Shown: positions 51,050-64,000 of the stretch, piece after piece | Numbering within the stretch: position 1 is the stretch's first letter | How the letters are laid out: each line of letters starts with the position of its first letter | Assembly (NCBI GenBank): GCA_028534125.1 | Contig: CM052817.1 | Span: 19,222,001-19,286,000, forward strand | DNA length: 64,000 bases | Direction: 5' to 3' | Source of the DNA: Lama glama | Taxonomy: Eukaryota | The notes under the pieces: generated by a model | The model's database searches: none | The model's input: only the letters and a program-made list of their open reading frames with translations | Told to the model about the DNA's origin: nothing | Position numbers and translations under genes: made by a program

Positions 51050-52740
51050 TATGTATTTCCTTACTCTGTCATCTGAAATGGCCTAGAATCAATTACACCC
51101 CAGTAAGAATAAGCACATCTAGTTCCCAGATTTTGGTTTTTAATACCATTCTACAGTAAATGGAGCCAGGACTCTTTGAAGTATGGCTGATTCTAGGACT
51201 GGGACATTGAAAAATATAAGATGAGCATCGACTATCTTTCAGTGCCAGAAAGGAAATAGTCAAAAGTCCCCAAACCCCACAATGATAGCAATATAGGCAT
51301 CAACTGAAAAAAAACCCCAAAGAATCCAATATGTAACAATTTGATCAATAAAATGATGAAGTATTGGCCCATAACCCATATTATAAAAATAAATATCATG
51401 AGTCCATACTGATGTAAACAAATAGTTGAGTAAGTAAACAAATGAGAGAGGAAAGACAAATGTCCTGAGCAGAAAAATGACCAATAATTTACATAAATAC
51501 TCTGCCCTGAGAAAGGAGGAACATAATGCCCACTCCTTAAGTGGGGTCTATTCTAGTGTTCTTCTTCCCAAGAGAACAATATGGGGAAATAAAGAACTTT
51601 ACAAAGGAGAAAACTGACAAACACTTCCTCAGCCAGGTGATCAAGGTTAGCATCACTAGTGATGTCATATTGGTAGGATGTATTCTTGATATGTCATGAT
51701 AGTAGGACTTTATGTCAATGGCCCTCATCCCCAAAACATAAACCCCAGTCTATTCTGAGAAAAAACAAGAGCCAGATTCCAATAAAGGAATACTCTCCAA
51801 AATATCTGACCAACACTCCTCGAAACCTTCAAGTCTATCAAAATCAAAGATCTGAGAAAATGCCACAGTCAAGAGGAGCTTAAGAAAATGTGATGACGAA
51901 ATGTAATGAAGTATTCAGAATGGGATCCTGGAATAGAAACAATCGTGTAAACATTAAGGAAATTTGAACTAAGAGAGGACTTTAGTTAGTGAAAATTGTT
52001 AGAGTTCTCCAGAGAAACAAAATCAATCGGATAAATATATTTACAGATGTAGATATAGTATATCTATATATCTAGTAGATCTAGATATATAGACATATAT
52101 ATATCTCCATTCGATATATGTGGAGACTTATTAAAGGGACTGGTTCACACGTTTATGGAGCCAACAGGTCCCACGATCTGCATCTGTAAGCTGGAGAACC
52201 AGGAAACCCAGTGGTATAACTGAGTTTGACACCAAAGTCCTGAGAAATTGGGTAGAGGGAAGGTGATAGTGCAGATACTAGTCTGAGTCTGAAAGCCAAA
52301 CAGCCAGGAGCACCCATTTCCATTTCTGAGGGTGAGCAAAGATGGATGTCTCAGCTGAGTGAGAGAGAGTGAGTTTGCCCTTCCTCCATTTTTTGGTTCT
52401 ATTCAGGCCCTCAACAGATTGGATAATATCCACTTGCAATAATGAGGGTGATTTAAGTTTTACTCAGTCTACTGATTCAAATGCTAATCTCTTCCAGATC
52501 CACTTTTACAGACACACCTAAAAATAAACAGCTCTCTGGGCATCCCTTAGCCCAGTCAGGTTCACACATAAAATGAACCATCACAACAACATATCAGTAT
52601 TGGTTCATTAATTGAACAAATGCACTATCCTGATGTAAAGTATTATTAATCTGGGAAACTGGGTGATAGTCTCTGTACTACCTTCATACTTTTTCTGAAA
52701 ATCTAAAACATTACTAAAATGAAAATTTCATTTAAAATGT
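51050..52740 (+). mobile_element. Old L1MC/L1MD-type 3' region, interrupted by MLT2
   Basis: ggctgattctaggactgggac, ctcagccaggtgatcaaggttagcatcac, gggatcctggaatagaaa, and terminal ctctgtactaccttcatactttttctgaaaatctaaaac. Confidence 0.8.
51997..52585 (-). mobile_element. MLT2 (ERVL) solo LTR
   Basis: ttagagttctccagagaaacaaaatcaat...ggtcccacgatctgcatctgtaagctggagaaccaggaaa...aaaatgaaccatcaca. Confidence 0.9.
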
Positions 52741-52942
52741 TTATTAAGAAGTTTCACCAGGATCTTAAAAATATTAAACAACTTCTTCCTATTCCAGCTT
52801 TACTAAGATCTTTTACTATACATGTGTGATGAAAGCTATCATATACTTTTATCATACACTGATACAATCATTCTATTTTCCTTTTCAAAATAATAAGACG
52901 AGGTAAATGACATTAATAAGTTTCCCAATATTAAAACATTCT

Positions 52943-53145
52943 TTATTAGTCAGAATGTTATAGAATAGGCTGCAGTGAAACAAAAACAAAAACCTGATCT
53001 CAGGATCTCAGGGATTTGAAAATCAAAGGCTTATATTTCTCTTGAACTACATGTTTATTGTAGTTCAGTGGGCACTGTGATCCATGTCATTGTCACACAA
53101 GGGACCCAAGCTAAGGAAACTTTATCATCTGGATGTCACTGGATA
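52943..53145 (-). mobile_element. Old MLT1-type LTR fragment
   Basis: tattagtcagaatg...ggctgcagtgaaacaaa...aaaggcttatatttctcttg...gggacccaagct. Confidence 0.55.
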
Positions 53146-54654
53146 CCGAAAACAGAAAGAAAGATCAAAGGCACAGGGACAGATTTTTGAACGATTGTTA
53201 CTGGATCTTTTCTTCTGCCGTATCTAGTCTATAATTCAGTCTCTCCCGTGAATTTTTAATTTCAGATACTGTGTTATTGCATTCTAAAATTTCCACTTGG
53301 CTTTTTTCTCCTTATGTTTATGTTTTCCCTTTGAGGAAGTTGCTGACTTTCAAAGTGGTGTCTGAGAAAATGAATGACTGAGAAGAGTGCTTGGTAGACT
53401 CATGAAACCAAAGGGAAGAGCAGTACAAAGTGAAGTGCCTCCCGCTAGAAGAGTCTAGCAAAACTCAGGCATTCAGCTGGGATTCAGATGAGATATAGAG
53501 CAGAGGGTGAAGTGGAATTCCACTGGTTCTTACTAAGACCGAAGCTCATCCTTGATTCTGTCATTTCCCGATTAGTTTGAGACTACATGGAATTTCTGGT
53601 TCTCCTTGCTAGCAGCCTCCCAGAAGCAAAAAACAAATCCTGTCTGGGAGAATATAAATTCATTCCGAACCTTAAATTATAATTTTTATTTGCAGTGCTT
53701 GGCACTGAATAATAATCAAGTGTATGAAAAGATAAGTCTTGACCTTTTTCTAAAAGCAGAAAATAGACACACTCCCGTAAGGAATCCAGATAATGAAGTT
53801 ACGGAGAGAGGCTTTAAAGTAACCTATTTAATAGGTCTAGAAATTACAAAATATGCTAGAGAGAACTGTGCAGTAGAAACAGGAACCAAATGAAAATTCT
53901 GTCACTGAAGTTTTGTCTCTATTTTGCTATCGATACATTTTTTCCTAGCGATGGTTTTTTTCTGCTATTAAAGGGATCCATTAAGTTTTACTTTTAGTCT
54001 TTACACTTTTTGAGATCCAGAACACAAATATGAGCAGAATATCTCAATGATGTAGGTAGAGGAAAAAACAGGGTAAATGGCAGAGAAAAATCTAAAGGAA
54101 AAGAGTGCTGACTTAAGGAGGCAAAGGATACAAGAATATATTCCTTATCATTGTGTTTATATAAAGTAAAAAGGCAGGAAAGCCTGATCTATAATGTTAG
54201 ATGTCTTCGTAATTTTTAACTTTGGAAAGAGGAAGTAGGTGGTGCTGGGGACAGAGGGAAAGGCTTGGGCTTCTTAAGTGCTTCTAACGTTCTATTTCTT
54301 GGCCTGATTGATAGTTATGTGGCCCACTTTGTGATATTTCTTTAGGCTCTACTACACCGTAACATACCAGTTTCTTTACCCTTTTATGTTTATTGTATAC
54401 ATCAGAAAAAATGTTTACTATAAAATAAAGGCCTTTATGACTTGTCAATCAATCACCAACACCCTCCTCATTCCCCAAAGCGAACAAGTTAACTGCCACG
54501 TGAATGTTTACCAAATTTGATTTTGGACTTAAGTGAGTTACCTGTGATAATCTGCTAATTTCAGGTTTTCATATTGATAGCAATGTTACATTTAAATTTA
54601 AAAAGAGTCTCAATCATCTAGGTGTCTACTTACTCCTGCTATTTGATTTTGGCC

Positions 54655-54955
54655 CCTGTGTGTATCAGGAGGTCAGCTGAACTGGGGAGAGCTGAGCTGT
54701 CAGGTGTCAGAGTAGCCATGAAAGCAGCAAGACCACAAGGCAAGTAACAATCGAGGCTTTAACTACTTACGATGACAGCACACGCAAGAGACCGAAGAGC
54801 GATTCTGTTTTTCTCCACACAACAGCAGGCTGCTTGGTGGTGAGGGAACGCTGAACGGAAGGTCCTGGAGGTTTTATGGACTCTGGGGTCAGTTGGTTCC
54901 CTCTAAGTAGAGCTTTTTGTGTCTTATCTGGTTTGTTTCTAGCCCAAGGTTGTGA
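54655..54955 (-). mobile_element. Probable LTR fragment (family unknown)
   Basis: GC-richer block with gaggctttaactacttac and ggttttatgg (reverse poly(A)/TATA-like) motifs in LTR-like order. Confidence 0.4.
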
Positions 54956-54999
54956 AAATAGCTACCTCTATTTTAATGTAGAATCTTTAACATACTTGC

Positions 55000-57270
55000 T
55001 TTTACATTTTGGTCTATGATGTGTTGCAAATTGCTCTTTCTGTGTGATGTGGAGTAGATCACAGGGTTTTGTTTTCTGCTTGTTTATTCGTGTTTTAAGA
55101 ATATGATTATTCTATCTGTCCTTTTCCTATTTCATTACATTGACAAATTTGTTGAAAATTGATTATGTATGTGCAAGTCTATTTCTGGATTCTATTCTAT
55201 TCCATTAATATGTTTTTTTTAATCCTCATATGAAAACTACATTGTTTTGATCATGAGTACATATTGTTATTCAGATAGTATAATTTCTCCAAGTATGTTT
55301 TAGGGATTACAATATATTGTTAGCTTCTTGCATTCTATTTAGACTTAATATTGCACTACTTCACATGAAATGTAAAACAAAACAAGACAAAGTAATGTAA
55401 TTCCATGTATTTCTCCAAACATTTGTACTTTTTTGTCATATTTTCTTCTATTTTTTCTTTTGAAAAATTTTTTCTCTGTTCTTAATCACGTATTTTATTA
55501 ATGTTATTTTAGCTTTAAATAGCTATAATTTGAATATATTAATAAAATAAAATGAAGATAATTTTTACATTTACCCTTATAATTTCCATTTCCAGTCCTT
55601 TCCATTTTTTTGTGTATATTTCAGTTTCTGAGTTTCTGTTAAGTACCATTTCCCTGTGGCGTGAAGAATTTCCTTATCTGTTTCTTATAGGAGAATCTGC
55701 TTGCAGATAATTCTCTCAGCTTTTGTTTATATGACATTTCTTTATTTCAATTTCAGCTCCTTTATGAAGGATCATTTCTTCAGATGTGGAATTCTAGGCT
55801 GAAAATATTTTTTCAGAATACTAAAACATTCATTTATTTTCATCTTGCATTCATTGTTTCTGATAACTCTGCAGGAATTTTAAACATTGATGACCGTATC
55901 TAGGTTTTTTTTTTTTTTTTGGTCCTCTGCCTATTTTCTTTATTTTAGGTTTTTAGGGATTTGACTACAGTATACTTATGTGTGCTTTGTTATATTTATT
56001 TTTCTTCTGGGTTACTGGGCCTCTTGGATCTCATTTTTTTCAATAAATTTGGGAAATTTGGAAGCCAGTGTTTCTCCAAATTTTCTTTCTCTCTCTTTTT
56101 TCCTTTGGTGAATCCAACTGCATGTATATCACACTGGATCCCTCATATAACTGAGTCTCTTTTTTTTCCAACTTTTTCCCATTGCTGCAGTTTGAATTAT
56201 TTCTATTAATCTGAATTCAGATTCACTGATCATTCTGCTTTGAAATTCATCCTGTAACTTTTTCATATCAGGTATATTATATCTGAATTTTTCAGAATTC
56301 ATTAGGATTCTTGTTTATAGTTCCCATGCTTTTTGAGATTCTCAGTTGTACTGCTTTTCTTTCAAATTCTTTTTTTTTCAAATTCTTGAACATATTAATA
56401 ATACCTGTTTTAAAGTCTTTATCTGCAAATCCCAACATCAGTATCATTTGGGGGTCTGTTTCTACTAGCTCTTTTATTCTTTTGGTAGGAGAATACGTAT
56501 CTCTGTTTCTCTTGGCTGTGGAATATGTTTCTGTTTTCTCATGTCTAATAATTATGACTGTTTGCTATTGTAAAATATCTGGGTTATGTTTCCTCCTTTA
56601 ACATACTGTGTTTTGTTCTGGCAGACAACTAAATGAAAATCGATCAATATGAGGCTTTATTTTAGGCTTTGGGTGATTCTGTTTCCATGTTTTTGCCTAG
56701 TTCTAGTCTGTGATCCTACTTTGGCAGCATAATTTTTCTGGAGTGTCAGCTGCACCCCTGGGGAACTCAGCAAGAGACTCCACTCTGGCTCTGCCTCACT
56801 GTAAAGTGTTCAGCCCCGGGAAGCCTCTAGTGTCTTTATTCAGTTATTAGTCCCCAGCAACTGCTCTTTGACAGACCTTAAAACCTCAGCCTAAGCATTC
56901 AGCCAAGGAACAGAGGGAATAACACGCTGGCATAAGAGTTCTTTTCTCTCTGCAGCTCTCCTTTCTACTCTCCTTCCTCACAAACCTGTTCCACCTGGCA
57001 GCTCTGAGCTCACTGCTGCCTGCAGCCTCTTGCTTGGGTTCCTCGTCTCTGTGCTGTGGTCTGAAAAAGTCTCCTAGGCAGGAAGTCAGAGTGAAAGTAG
57101 AGTTCACTGGAAAGAAGAGTGCTTCTCTTCTTCCAGATAAAACAGGCTTGCCCTCTGTTGCCCATTACTTGAAAACAATTGCCTCATCTATTTTGTCTCT
57201 TTTCATACTTGTCTACAAATGGTGCAGTAGTCTGATATAATAGCTGTGTCATGGCTGGAAGTAGAAATCC
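55000..57270 (-). mobile_element. Ancient L1M/HAL1-like element: degraded 5' end, ORF1 region and downstream sequence
   Basis: ttctctcagcttttgttt, tcagatgtggaattctaggctg, caataaatttgggaaatttggaagcc and ttttaaagtctttatctgcaaatcccaacatc are L1 ORF1-region antisense motifs. Confidence 0.75.
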
Positions 57271-57350
57271 TAAATATATTTTATTTCCATCTAGATAAAG
57301 AAAACTTGAGGTATCAGATTTGCTATTATTTATCTCAAAGCAACACTTTT

Positions 57351-57396
57351 TTTTTACCTTTTTTTTTTGAGTTATAGTCATTTTACAATGTTATGT
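57351..57396 (-). mobile_element. Extremely 5'-truncated L1 (~27 bp of 3' end plus poly(A))
   Basis: Poly(T) + gagttatagtcattttacaatgttatg; TSD tcaaagcaa(c/t)actttt at 57335-57350 and 57397-57412. Confidence 0.85.
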
Positions 57397-57564
57397 TCAA
57401 AGCAATACTTTTGAGGGAAGTGCATTCTACCCTGTCTCAATCTAAAGGGGAATTTAGCTTGATTTAACTGAGTTCGTTAGAACCTGGTCGGCAAGATTAC
57501 CATGGAGACAACAACATTTAAATATTCACTTTGGATTTACAGGCTGACAAAACATCATTGTCAT

Positions 57565-58310
57565 CACCATCATCGTAAGAGCTAACATTGAATATTTTTA
57601 CAGATAATACGCTTTTGAACTCACTCGATAGTCATGGCAACCTTATGATTTGACAATATGCCATGTAAGGAGACTAAGGAATTTGCTCACAGTCATTCAT
57701 AGAGGATACCTTGGAGCCAGGAATCTAATAGAAGCGGCCCCACATCATACCTTAACTAGTGTGTTTTACCACCTCAGAAGACCAGCCTTTTCCCTTGTGA
57801 TCTCCAAAAACATGCTTTTCTTCACATCTTGCTGTATATATCACTCCATTCCACTCCATTGCCTCATAAAATAGAAGTAAACTGAGTGTGGAAAAAGTAG
57901 AGAACACAGAGTTAGAATTATAGATAGCTCTAATGAGCATTTCTAGGAAAGAGCATCTTATGGTCAGAATTATTAATTTAAGACATACCTGTATTTCCAC
58001 TCCAAATTCCACATTGAGGAGGTATTGTTTATATTTCAGGACTCAGAATAGATGTCGCTTCTTCTACAAAAACTTTCTTAAATATTCACTTTTACCTCAC
58101 CTCCCAATTGGATGGGACATCCCTTTTCTGGGTGTTGGAATCTGTACCACAGTACTCACGATGCTATCCTGGAAATGCCTTTACTTATCTATTGATGGAC
58201 TCCAGCGCCAAAAACTTGAATCTTGAAAACTGGGGCTTGTGTTATTCACTGTTTTAACTCAAGAATAGGAGAATAGTGCCTAAAAAATAGTAGGAGTTCA
58301 AATTTAAAAA
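57565..58310. mobile_element. MIR (minus, ~57565-57780) and L2 3' end (plus, ~58000-58310)
   Basis: taaggaatttgctcacagtcattcatag...ggagccaggaatctaa is MIR; gaatagtgcctaaaaaatagtaggagttcaa is the L2 end. Confidence 0.55.
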
Positions 58311-58890
58311 AAGAATACATGTCTTGTACAACCAAGAATGTTGAAACACAGCTATACATGATACAGCTAAGATCTGCCTTCAAAACAAGATGATTTCCAC
58401 CTTTGCCATCACGAAGCCCAGCCTAATTATGCTATGATTATTTTTAGCCTTTCTTCTGGAAACGTTTGCCACTGCTGGTGCAGTGGAAGACAGGCTTACA
58501 TATCCATGAAACAGTCATAGACCAGCTTCCTTGTGTTAACTGTAGCTGTGCAGTATTATTTACTAGGAGTATAATCTACTGAAATCTTCATATGGCCTTT
58601 TATTATCTCAATTAATTGTTTTGGGAGATAAATGACAGTTAAGAAATTTTGCTGAACATACAAGTGTTAAATGTAGAAGAATTATTCTTTTGATACAACA
58701 TGAAAGTAAAAATTCTTTTAATGTGCCTTAATTAGCAAGAAAATACTTCCTTTTTCACACAGATGTACAGTCAGAGTGTTAAAACAAGTCAGTAAAATAG
58801 TTTTAAAGGGTGACATAACCTGTGTCACACATTTGTCAAAATATACGTGCTTTCAGAAAAATAATCCTACAGAAATACCTAATTAATTTT

Positions 58891-59425
58891 TTTTTTACAT
58901 TTTAAATATATACAATTTTATTTGTCAAATAATAAAACAGATAAAATTTTTAAAATAAAGCTTTGGCCTTGATGTAACATATATCATTTTTGCTCTCAAT
59001 CTGTTGGACAGAACTAGTCTTAACTGGAGGTAGGGGTCTCTGGGATGACGCCCCCAATGAGAGCCAGGGAACTGTCCCAGACCCTGAGACGGAGCCCAAC
59101 CACAGGATGCCCAGCAGTGGCAGTGAAGCCAGCAGCAGACAAGGAGCCCCAGGCCACACAGAGGTTGAAAATGCAGGGGCAGCCCCTGGCTGAGGATTAC
59201 CTAGCCTCCTTTGCCACTTCAGTGTCTTTCTACCCCCTGGAATCCTGGCGTGAATCACCTCTCTCCAAATGCCCTGCACACTCTTCACATGGCAGCCCAG
59301 CTTCTGTCACCCCCACCCAACTCTATAGACCTGGAGAGCCTACTTTCAGGGAGACTTGATCTGAGCCCAGGCCAGCTCTCACGTAACTGGTCCTTCTGCT
59401 TTGAGGCCTGTTCCCCTCTCTGCAG
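58891..59425 (-). other. L1-mediated retrocopy / orphan transduction of an unidentified polyadenylated RNA
   Basis: Perfect 20 bp TSD agaaatacctaattaatttt at 58871-58890 and 59426-59445; T-run at 58887-58896; minus-strand AATAAA at 58922-58917; GC-rich body unlike its flanks. Confidence 0.88.
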
Positions 59426-61764
59426 AGAAATACCTAATTAATTTTAGCTAAAAAGAATTTTTTTTTTCCCCTGCATTCAGCCTTTTCCTTCTCTACTCGT
59501 GGGTCTCGCTTAGTAAACTGTTCAGGTTGCCTCAGGATATAAAAACTGTCAAGAACATTATTGAGACATGGAGGAAGGTTGGTAGAATCTTCTCCGTCAG
59601 AATAGATGACAACTAATTATAGTCCAGAGACTGGAAACCCTTGGGGAAGAAGTGAAGTCTGAGTCTGCCCAGATAAGATTGTCTGAGGCTATTTTTGATG
59701 GTGAGAGTATTTATGAGTTGTATTAATACTAAATGAACTAATGTTGTAGCACTAAAATATGAAAACATTCTTATTTGACCACTAGGAAGTTGCTTGCTTG
59801 GCAGCAATAATAAGAATAAAATAAGTATTAAATAATAAATCACTTCTTTAAAGGAAAGTTTTCATGGTGTTCTTTAATATTAATAAAGTTGTTAACAAAG
59901 GTTTTTTAAAGCTTTACCGTGTGTCCTTCTAAGAGAGATGAAAGAATATGTTCTCCTCAATTTAGGAGATGCTTTGTGGCTTCTTTCTATAATTACTGTG
60001 CTTTTTTAGGTCTAACGCTGTTCTCTGCGTATTCTCTATTATTACACAATGAGTATTATTTATAATAGAATGCCACTATTAGTTTGCCTTTTGAGCTAAT
60101 ATTTAATAATTAAATAATGACTCGAGATTTTATTCTCTTTTCTTGACAAGGGAGAAAAAGGGGCTTCTTGGTTTCTCTCTAGCACCTGCTTGAAGAGCTT
60201 TCTTCTGAGTAAGTCTGCTGACCTAGGGAGCACACTGATGTAAGAGGTAGCAGGTAAACTTCCATAATTTGAAGCCTCAGTCAGACTTTGGTGTCACAGT
60301 GCCTAAAATTTTCCCAAGTGTATCAGAGCATTTGTATGAAGCAGTGTCCCTTTGCTTCAGCCTTTAGCTGCAAAACCAAACGTGTACATACAAGAGGGAG
60401 AAGGCGGACAGTGCTGCCAGTTTGGTGTCAGTGAGTCTATTAGAGCCTTTGTCTTGAAATATGTGTGTAACAGATGGTAGGAAAGGCACTTGTGGAAAAG
60501 AAAAGACATTTCGTTTTCTCATTTGGCCACCCTATATGTAAAACTAAAAAGAGAGATAGAGATAGATTACACAGATCATAAATGATAAGTAATCAAATCA
60601 AATAAAAATAAATAATAAAATGAAAAAGACACAAATAAAAAAAACTATCTTCCTTTTTCAGGGACTAACCAACCTTAATGCATATAGTTCTAACAAGGAT
60701 GTTTACTGTCAAGATAGGAAGCAAAACTAGAAGAAAGAGGGTAATTCCTTTATGTGTTGTTCATTTCATTAGCAGACTGTGGTTTCAACTGTTGTAACTG
60801 ACAAGTAGGGGCACACAGACACGGAAAACTGCCCTGGGAACTCAGTAAACAGAGAAAATATATTTAGCATATGAATGGGTTTAGAATTTTAGGGTTTCAT
60901 ACAGATTTTTAAAGATATATAAACCTTGTCTCTTTTTCCAAGAAACTTGAGAAACTTTGCACTAATAGGCTGCAGGACCACAAAAGCAAAAATTACTACA
61001 AAAGAGTAACAGGAAAGTTCACCATCCAGGAGGCGAGTGAGGAGAACAGATAAGAGGAGTCAGAAAACTTAACTGAGTTTCTTCACAACCTGACAGATGC
61101 AGAAAAGAGCATAATTATTCAAGTGGGAGACACTGTCTCATAATTCTAGCTTCTGGGCTAATTTACTTAAGTGCATAATTATTTAAAAGGTATTGAACTC
61201 TAATGAAGGTTTTTCTTGATAGCAGCTGTACAGAAAAATTGGAGAAATTCTCTATATGGGCATGTGTGAACTTATTTTATGAAACTCCAAAGCACAATTT
61301 TAACTGTCATAGCATACCAGTAGGTTCAGAGGAATCAGGGTAATAATATCTATTTTCAGAGAGGAGCTTCAGATTTTCCAGGGCCAGCCTGCTGGTCGAC
61401 CAGTGGTCCTTTCCTCTCGATTACTTCTTCCAAAAAAGATTGATTATGTGCATGTTTTCAGATGCAATGTATTAAAAGTAGTCAATCTATCATAGAGGCT
61501 TTAGAATTCTTCTGAATTTTATGCCAAATGTTATGATGAACAACATTTAAAATATTTAGTAACTGCTCAATAAATTTCAGTTGATTATGAAATTCCAGAA
61601 TGAGAACTTGAACACAGTTATGCATTAATACTATATTCAGCCTTCCAGATGCCAAAACTCTGTTTCTCAGTAATATAAATAAGTCACCTATACTGGTTCT
61701 TTATCCCTTCTCAACAAACAAATGAAACAAGTAAAATAAATAGATGGGTAGCTTTGGGATGGGG

Positions 61765-62100
61765 CTCATGCTGGTGTTGGTGTTGTTTTAGTTGCTGCTC
61801 TTCTTTCTGTTCTTCCTCATTTTGCTCTTTCCTCCACTCCCTCCCGCCTCCCCCTCCTCCTCCAGTTGGTATCAGAAAATTGGAGAATTGCTCAATTAAA
61901 AATAGCCAGAAGTTGGTTTCAGAAAAAAAAAAAATCACACATTTGGTGTCAGAAAACACTAAACAAGACCATATATATATTTTTTCATATAGATTCCATA
62001 TGTTTATATGTGTTTATGTGCATACATAAAACATACATCTATGTGTATACACAGAAACATATATGTATGTGTATATATATGTATATCCATATACATAATA
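61765..62100. repeat. Simple repeats: (TGY)/(TCC)-rich tract and (TA/TG) low-complexity tract
   Basis: Directly visible. Confidence 0.8.
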
Positions 62101-62944
62101 CATCCTAAAGTAAAACAAGTTTCAAGATCTAGCAAGTTATGCATGGGTCATACTTGTAGTAAGAAATTACTCATTATTGATCTAAAATTCAAATGTGAGA
62201 GTTCTTTATTTTATCCATCAATCCTAAATATAAAGCACATGCCTAAATGCTACATCCCACCTTTAAATCACTTACTGTTTGCCTTCTGGTGCACTTAAAT
62301 TAGGCTTACTTCAGTGTTACTCTATGTTGGCTGATGGGAGAAAGCAAGTTTGGAAATTAGTAGTCAGACATCCATTTCAGAGGTCTAGATTTTTTAAATG
62401 CCTGTGTATCCTGAAGTGTTCATACTAATTCATCTTGTCTCCAGCTAGCAAATGCTTGAGACTTAACATTTGTGGATAAATCAATTGCTTGAAATTTAGC
62501 AATTATGCTTTTAAGGCAGAATATTCTGCAAGATTGTTAGTTCCTCAGGCCATATCACAAAAGTATTTGACATGTAATATCATTGAACTGCTTGTTAAAA
62601 TACCCTTTGAATTATGCTTTAGAACTCAGGACAAGTAGACAAACTCTATTCTTCCTTCTATGATACTGGAGAAGAAAACTGAGTGGCTTCTTCCACCATA
62701 AGACTCACTATTCCATCCTAGAAAGGACTTTGACCTTCCAGCAGAGCTCACTGTATAATTGGGGGTTTTGTAAATTTAGTACTAGTGTCTCAAGGTTGCT
62801 CGCTATTCCACAGAGAAGAAATTTTTATCTGATTGTCTTTTGTAAATGACCTCCTGTTCTTATCCTTTGAGTTATAATTTGCCTTTAAGTTCTTTCTGCT
62901 GATTTTTTGCTGTGTTTTTTTAAGCATTTACTGAGAATTGTATG

Positions 62945-63275
62945 GTGCTGGTGATGATGATGATGACAGATGACAGATGAGGAGGAGGAGGAGGAGAAGG
63001 AGGAAGAGGAGGAGGAGCAAAACACTAACCAACAGCACTGCCATTCTTGAGCAGGTGTTAGGTTCCAAGAACTGTGCTAAGCACCGCTGTCTGTGGGTTA
63101 CACGTGTTCCTTCTTCCAGCAGCCCTGTGAGTTAGGTGGCACTTCTGTTTTGTACAAGAGGGATATGAGTCACTGAATAACTACCCAAGTTTGTGTAGTT
63201 GGTAAATGGTGGAGGCAGGATTTAAACTCACATTTTTCTGACTTCAAAGTACCTATCCATAATACTGTGGCTTGG
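62945..63275 (-). mobile_element. (TGA)n(GAG)n simple repeat followed by a MIR SINE
   Basis: ttgagcaggtgttaggttccaagaactgtgctaagcac...agccctgtgagttaggt...gtaaatggtggaggcaggatttaaactca. Confidence 0.8.
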
Positions 63276-64000
63276 ACAAGACATCTCATAGGTACAACAG
63301 TTGAGAACTAAATATCATAGTGTATCTACTATGTTTGAATAGTTTGAGATAATTTGATTGAAAGTAAATGGCCCTATACAATCAACCAATGGAATATAAA
63401 AATGTCTTCCATTCATCTAACATTCCAGGTTTCAGATTTTTACATTTTTGTTTGTTTTTTTCTATACTTATACCAACACTTACAAGACCATTATATCATA
63501 TGGAAAATGAAAACTCCAAAATATTAGAAGTTTTAAAAGGCAGTAAGAGGTAAAACAGATTGTTAAATGTATGTCCTCTGACCCTGAGTTTATTACTTTC
63601 TCCAGTACACTTTTTTTTTCCAAAAACATATTGAGTCAGTAGTATTTCATAGTATATTTGTCCTAAGACCTTTAAAGGGGTTTATTATATTACAGATTAC
63701 TTCAAAATGAAAATTGTAGATCTGTAAGATATTTATTTTCCTAATCCAACACATTTCAAAAAACGGCAACACTTTCTCAGTCATACTTGTAGTGGCCAAT
63801 CTTTTATAGTGCTTGCCTCATTACAGAACTTCAGAATAGTAATAATAAAAATACTGAATAAATATACAACTAACATGCTTTGAATGACTACTGTATACCA
63901 GTGGCTATGCTCAGAACCCTACATGAGTTGTCCTATTTAATCCATCAAAATAAGAGAATGGTAAAAACAGAGTGGCTGGCTTTCCTGAACAAAGTTATGG

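Noticed and set aside
52063..52093. 13 bp perfect hairpin (tctatatatctag/ctagatatataga)
   Set aside because: Lies in the TA-rich variable tract of MLT2; low-complexity origin.
58950..59441. ORFs of 67-112 aa within the retrocopy
   Set aside because: They occur on both strands, have no recognisable homology, and are explained by GC richness.
61711..62298. ORFs with poly-Gly/Pro/Gln and Tyr/Ile-rich stretches
   Set aside because: Translations of simple repeats.

Overview
AT-rich mammalian genomic DNA, intronic or intergenic, with no host protein-coding exon, RNA gene or CpG-island promoter that I can recognise. Nothing here is prokaryotic. The L1 3' ends are of cetartiodactyl type, and I saw no BovB/Bov-A, PRE1, Alu or B1 elements, which suggests a camelid (inference). 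Most of the window is layered transposon debris: MIR, L2, old L1M, MLT1/MLT2, an ERVL pol remnant, MER5/MER20/MER53, an internally deleted Tigger1, solo ERV LTRs and short 5'-truncated young L1s. Two observations stand out. (1) A TSD-flanked 2.87 kb L1 derivative (36387-39254, minus) keeps its 5'UTR, a near-intact ORF1 and its 3' end, but lacks almost all of ORF2; it is a candidate non-autonomous 'half-L1' or spliced element. (2) A 535 bp GC-rich, apparently non-repeat sequence (58891-59425, minus) carries a poly(A) signal, a poly(A) tail and a perfect 20 bp TSD, so it is an L1-mobilised retrocopy or orphan transduction. All repeat family names come from recalled consensus sequences, not database searches, and boundaries without a TSD are approximate.
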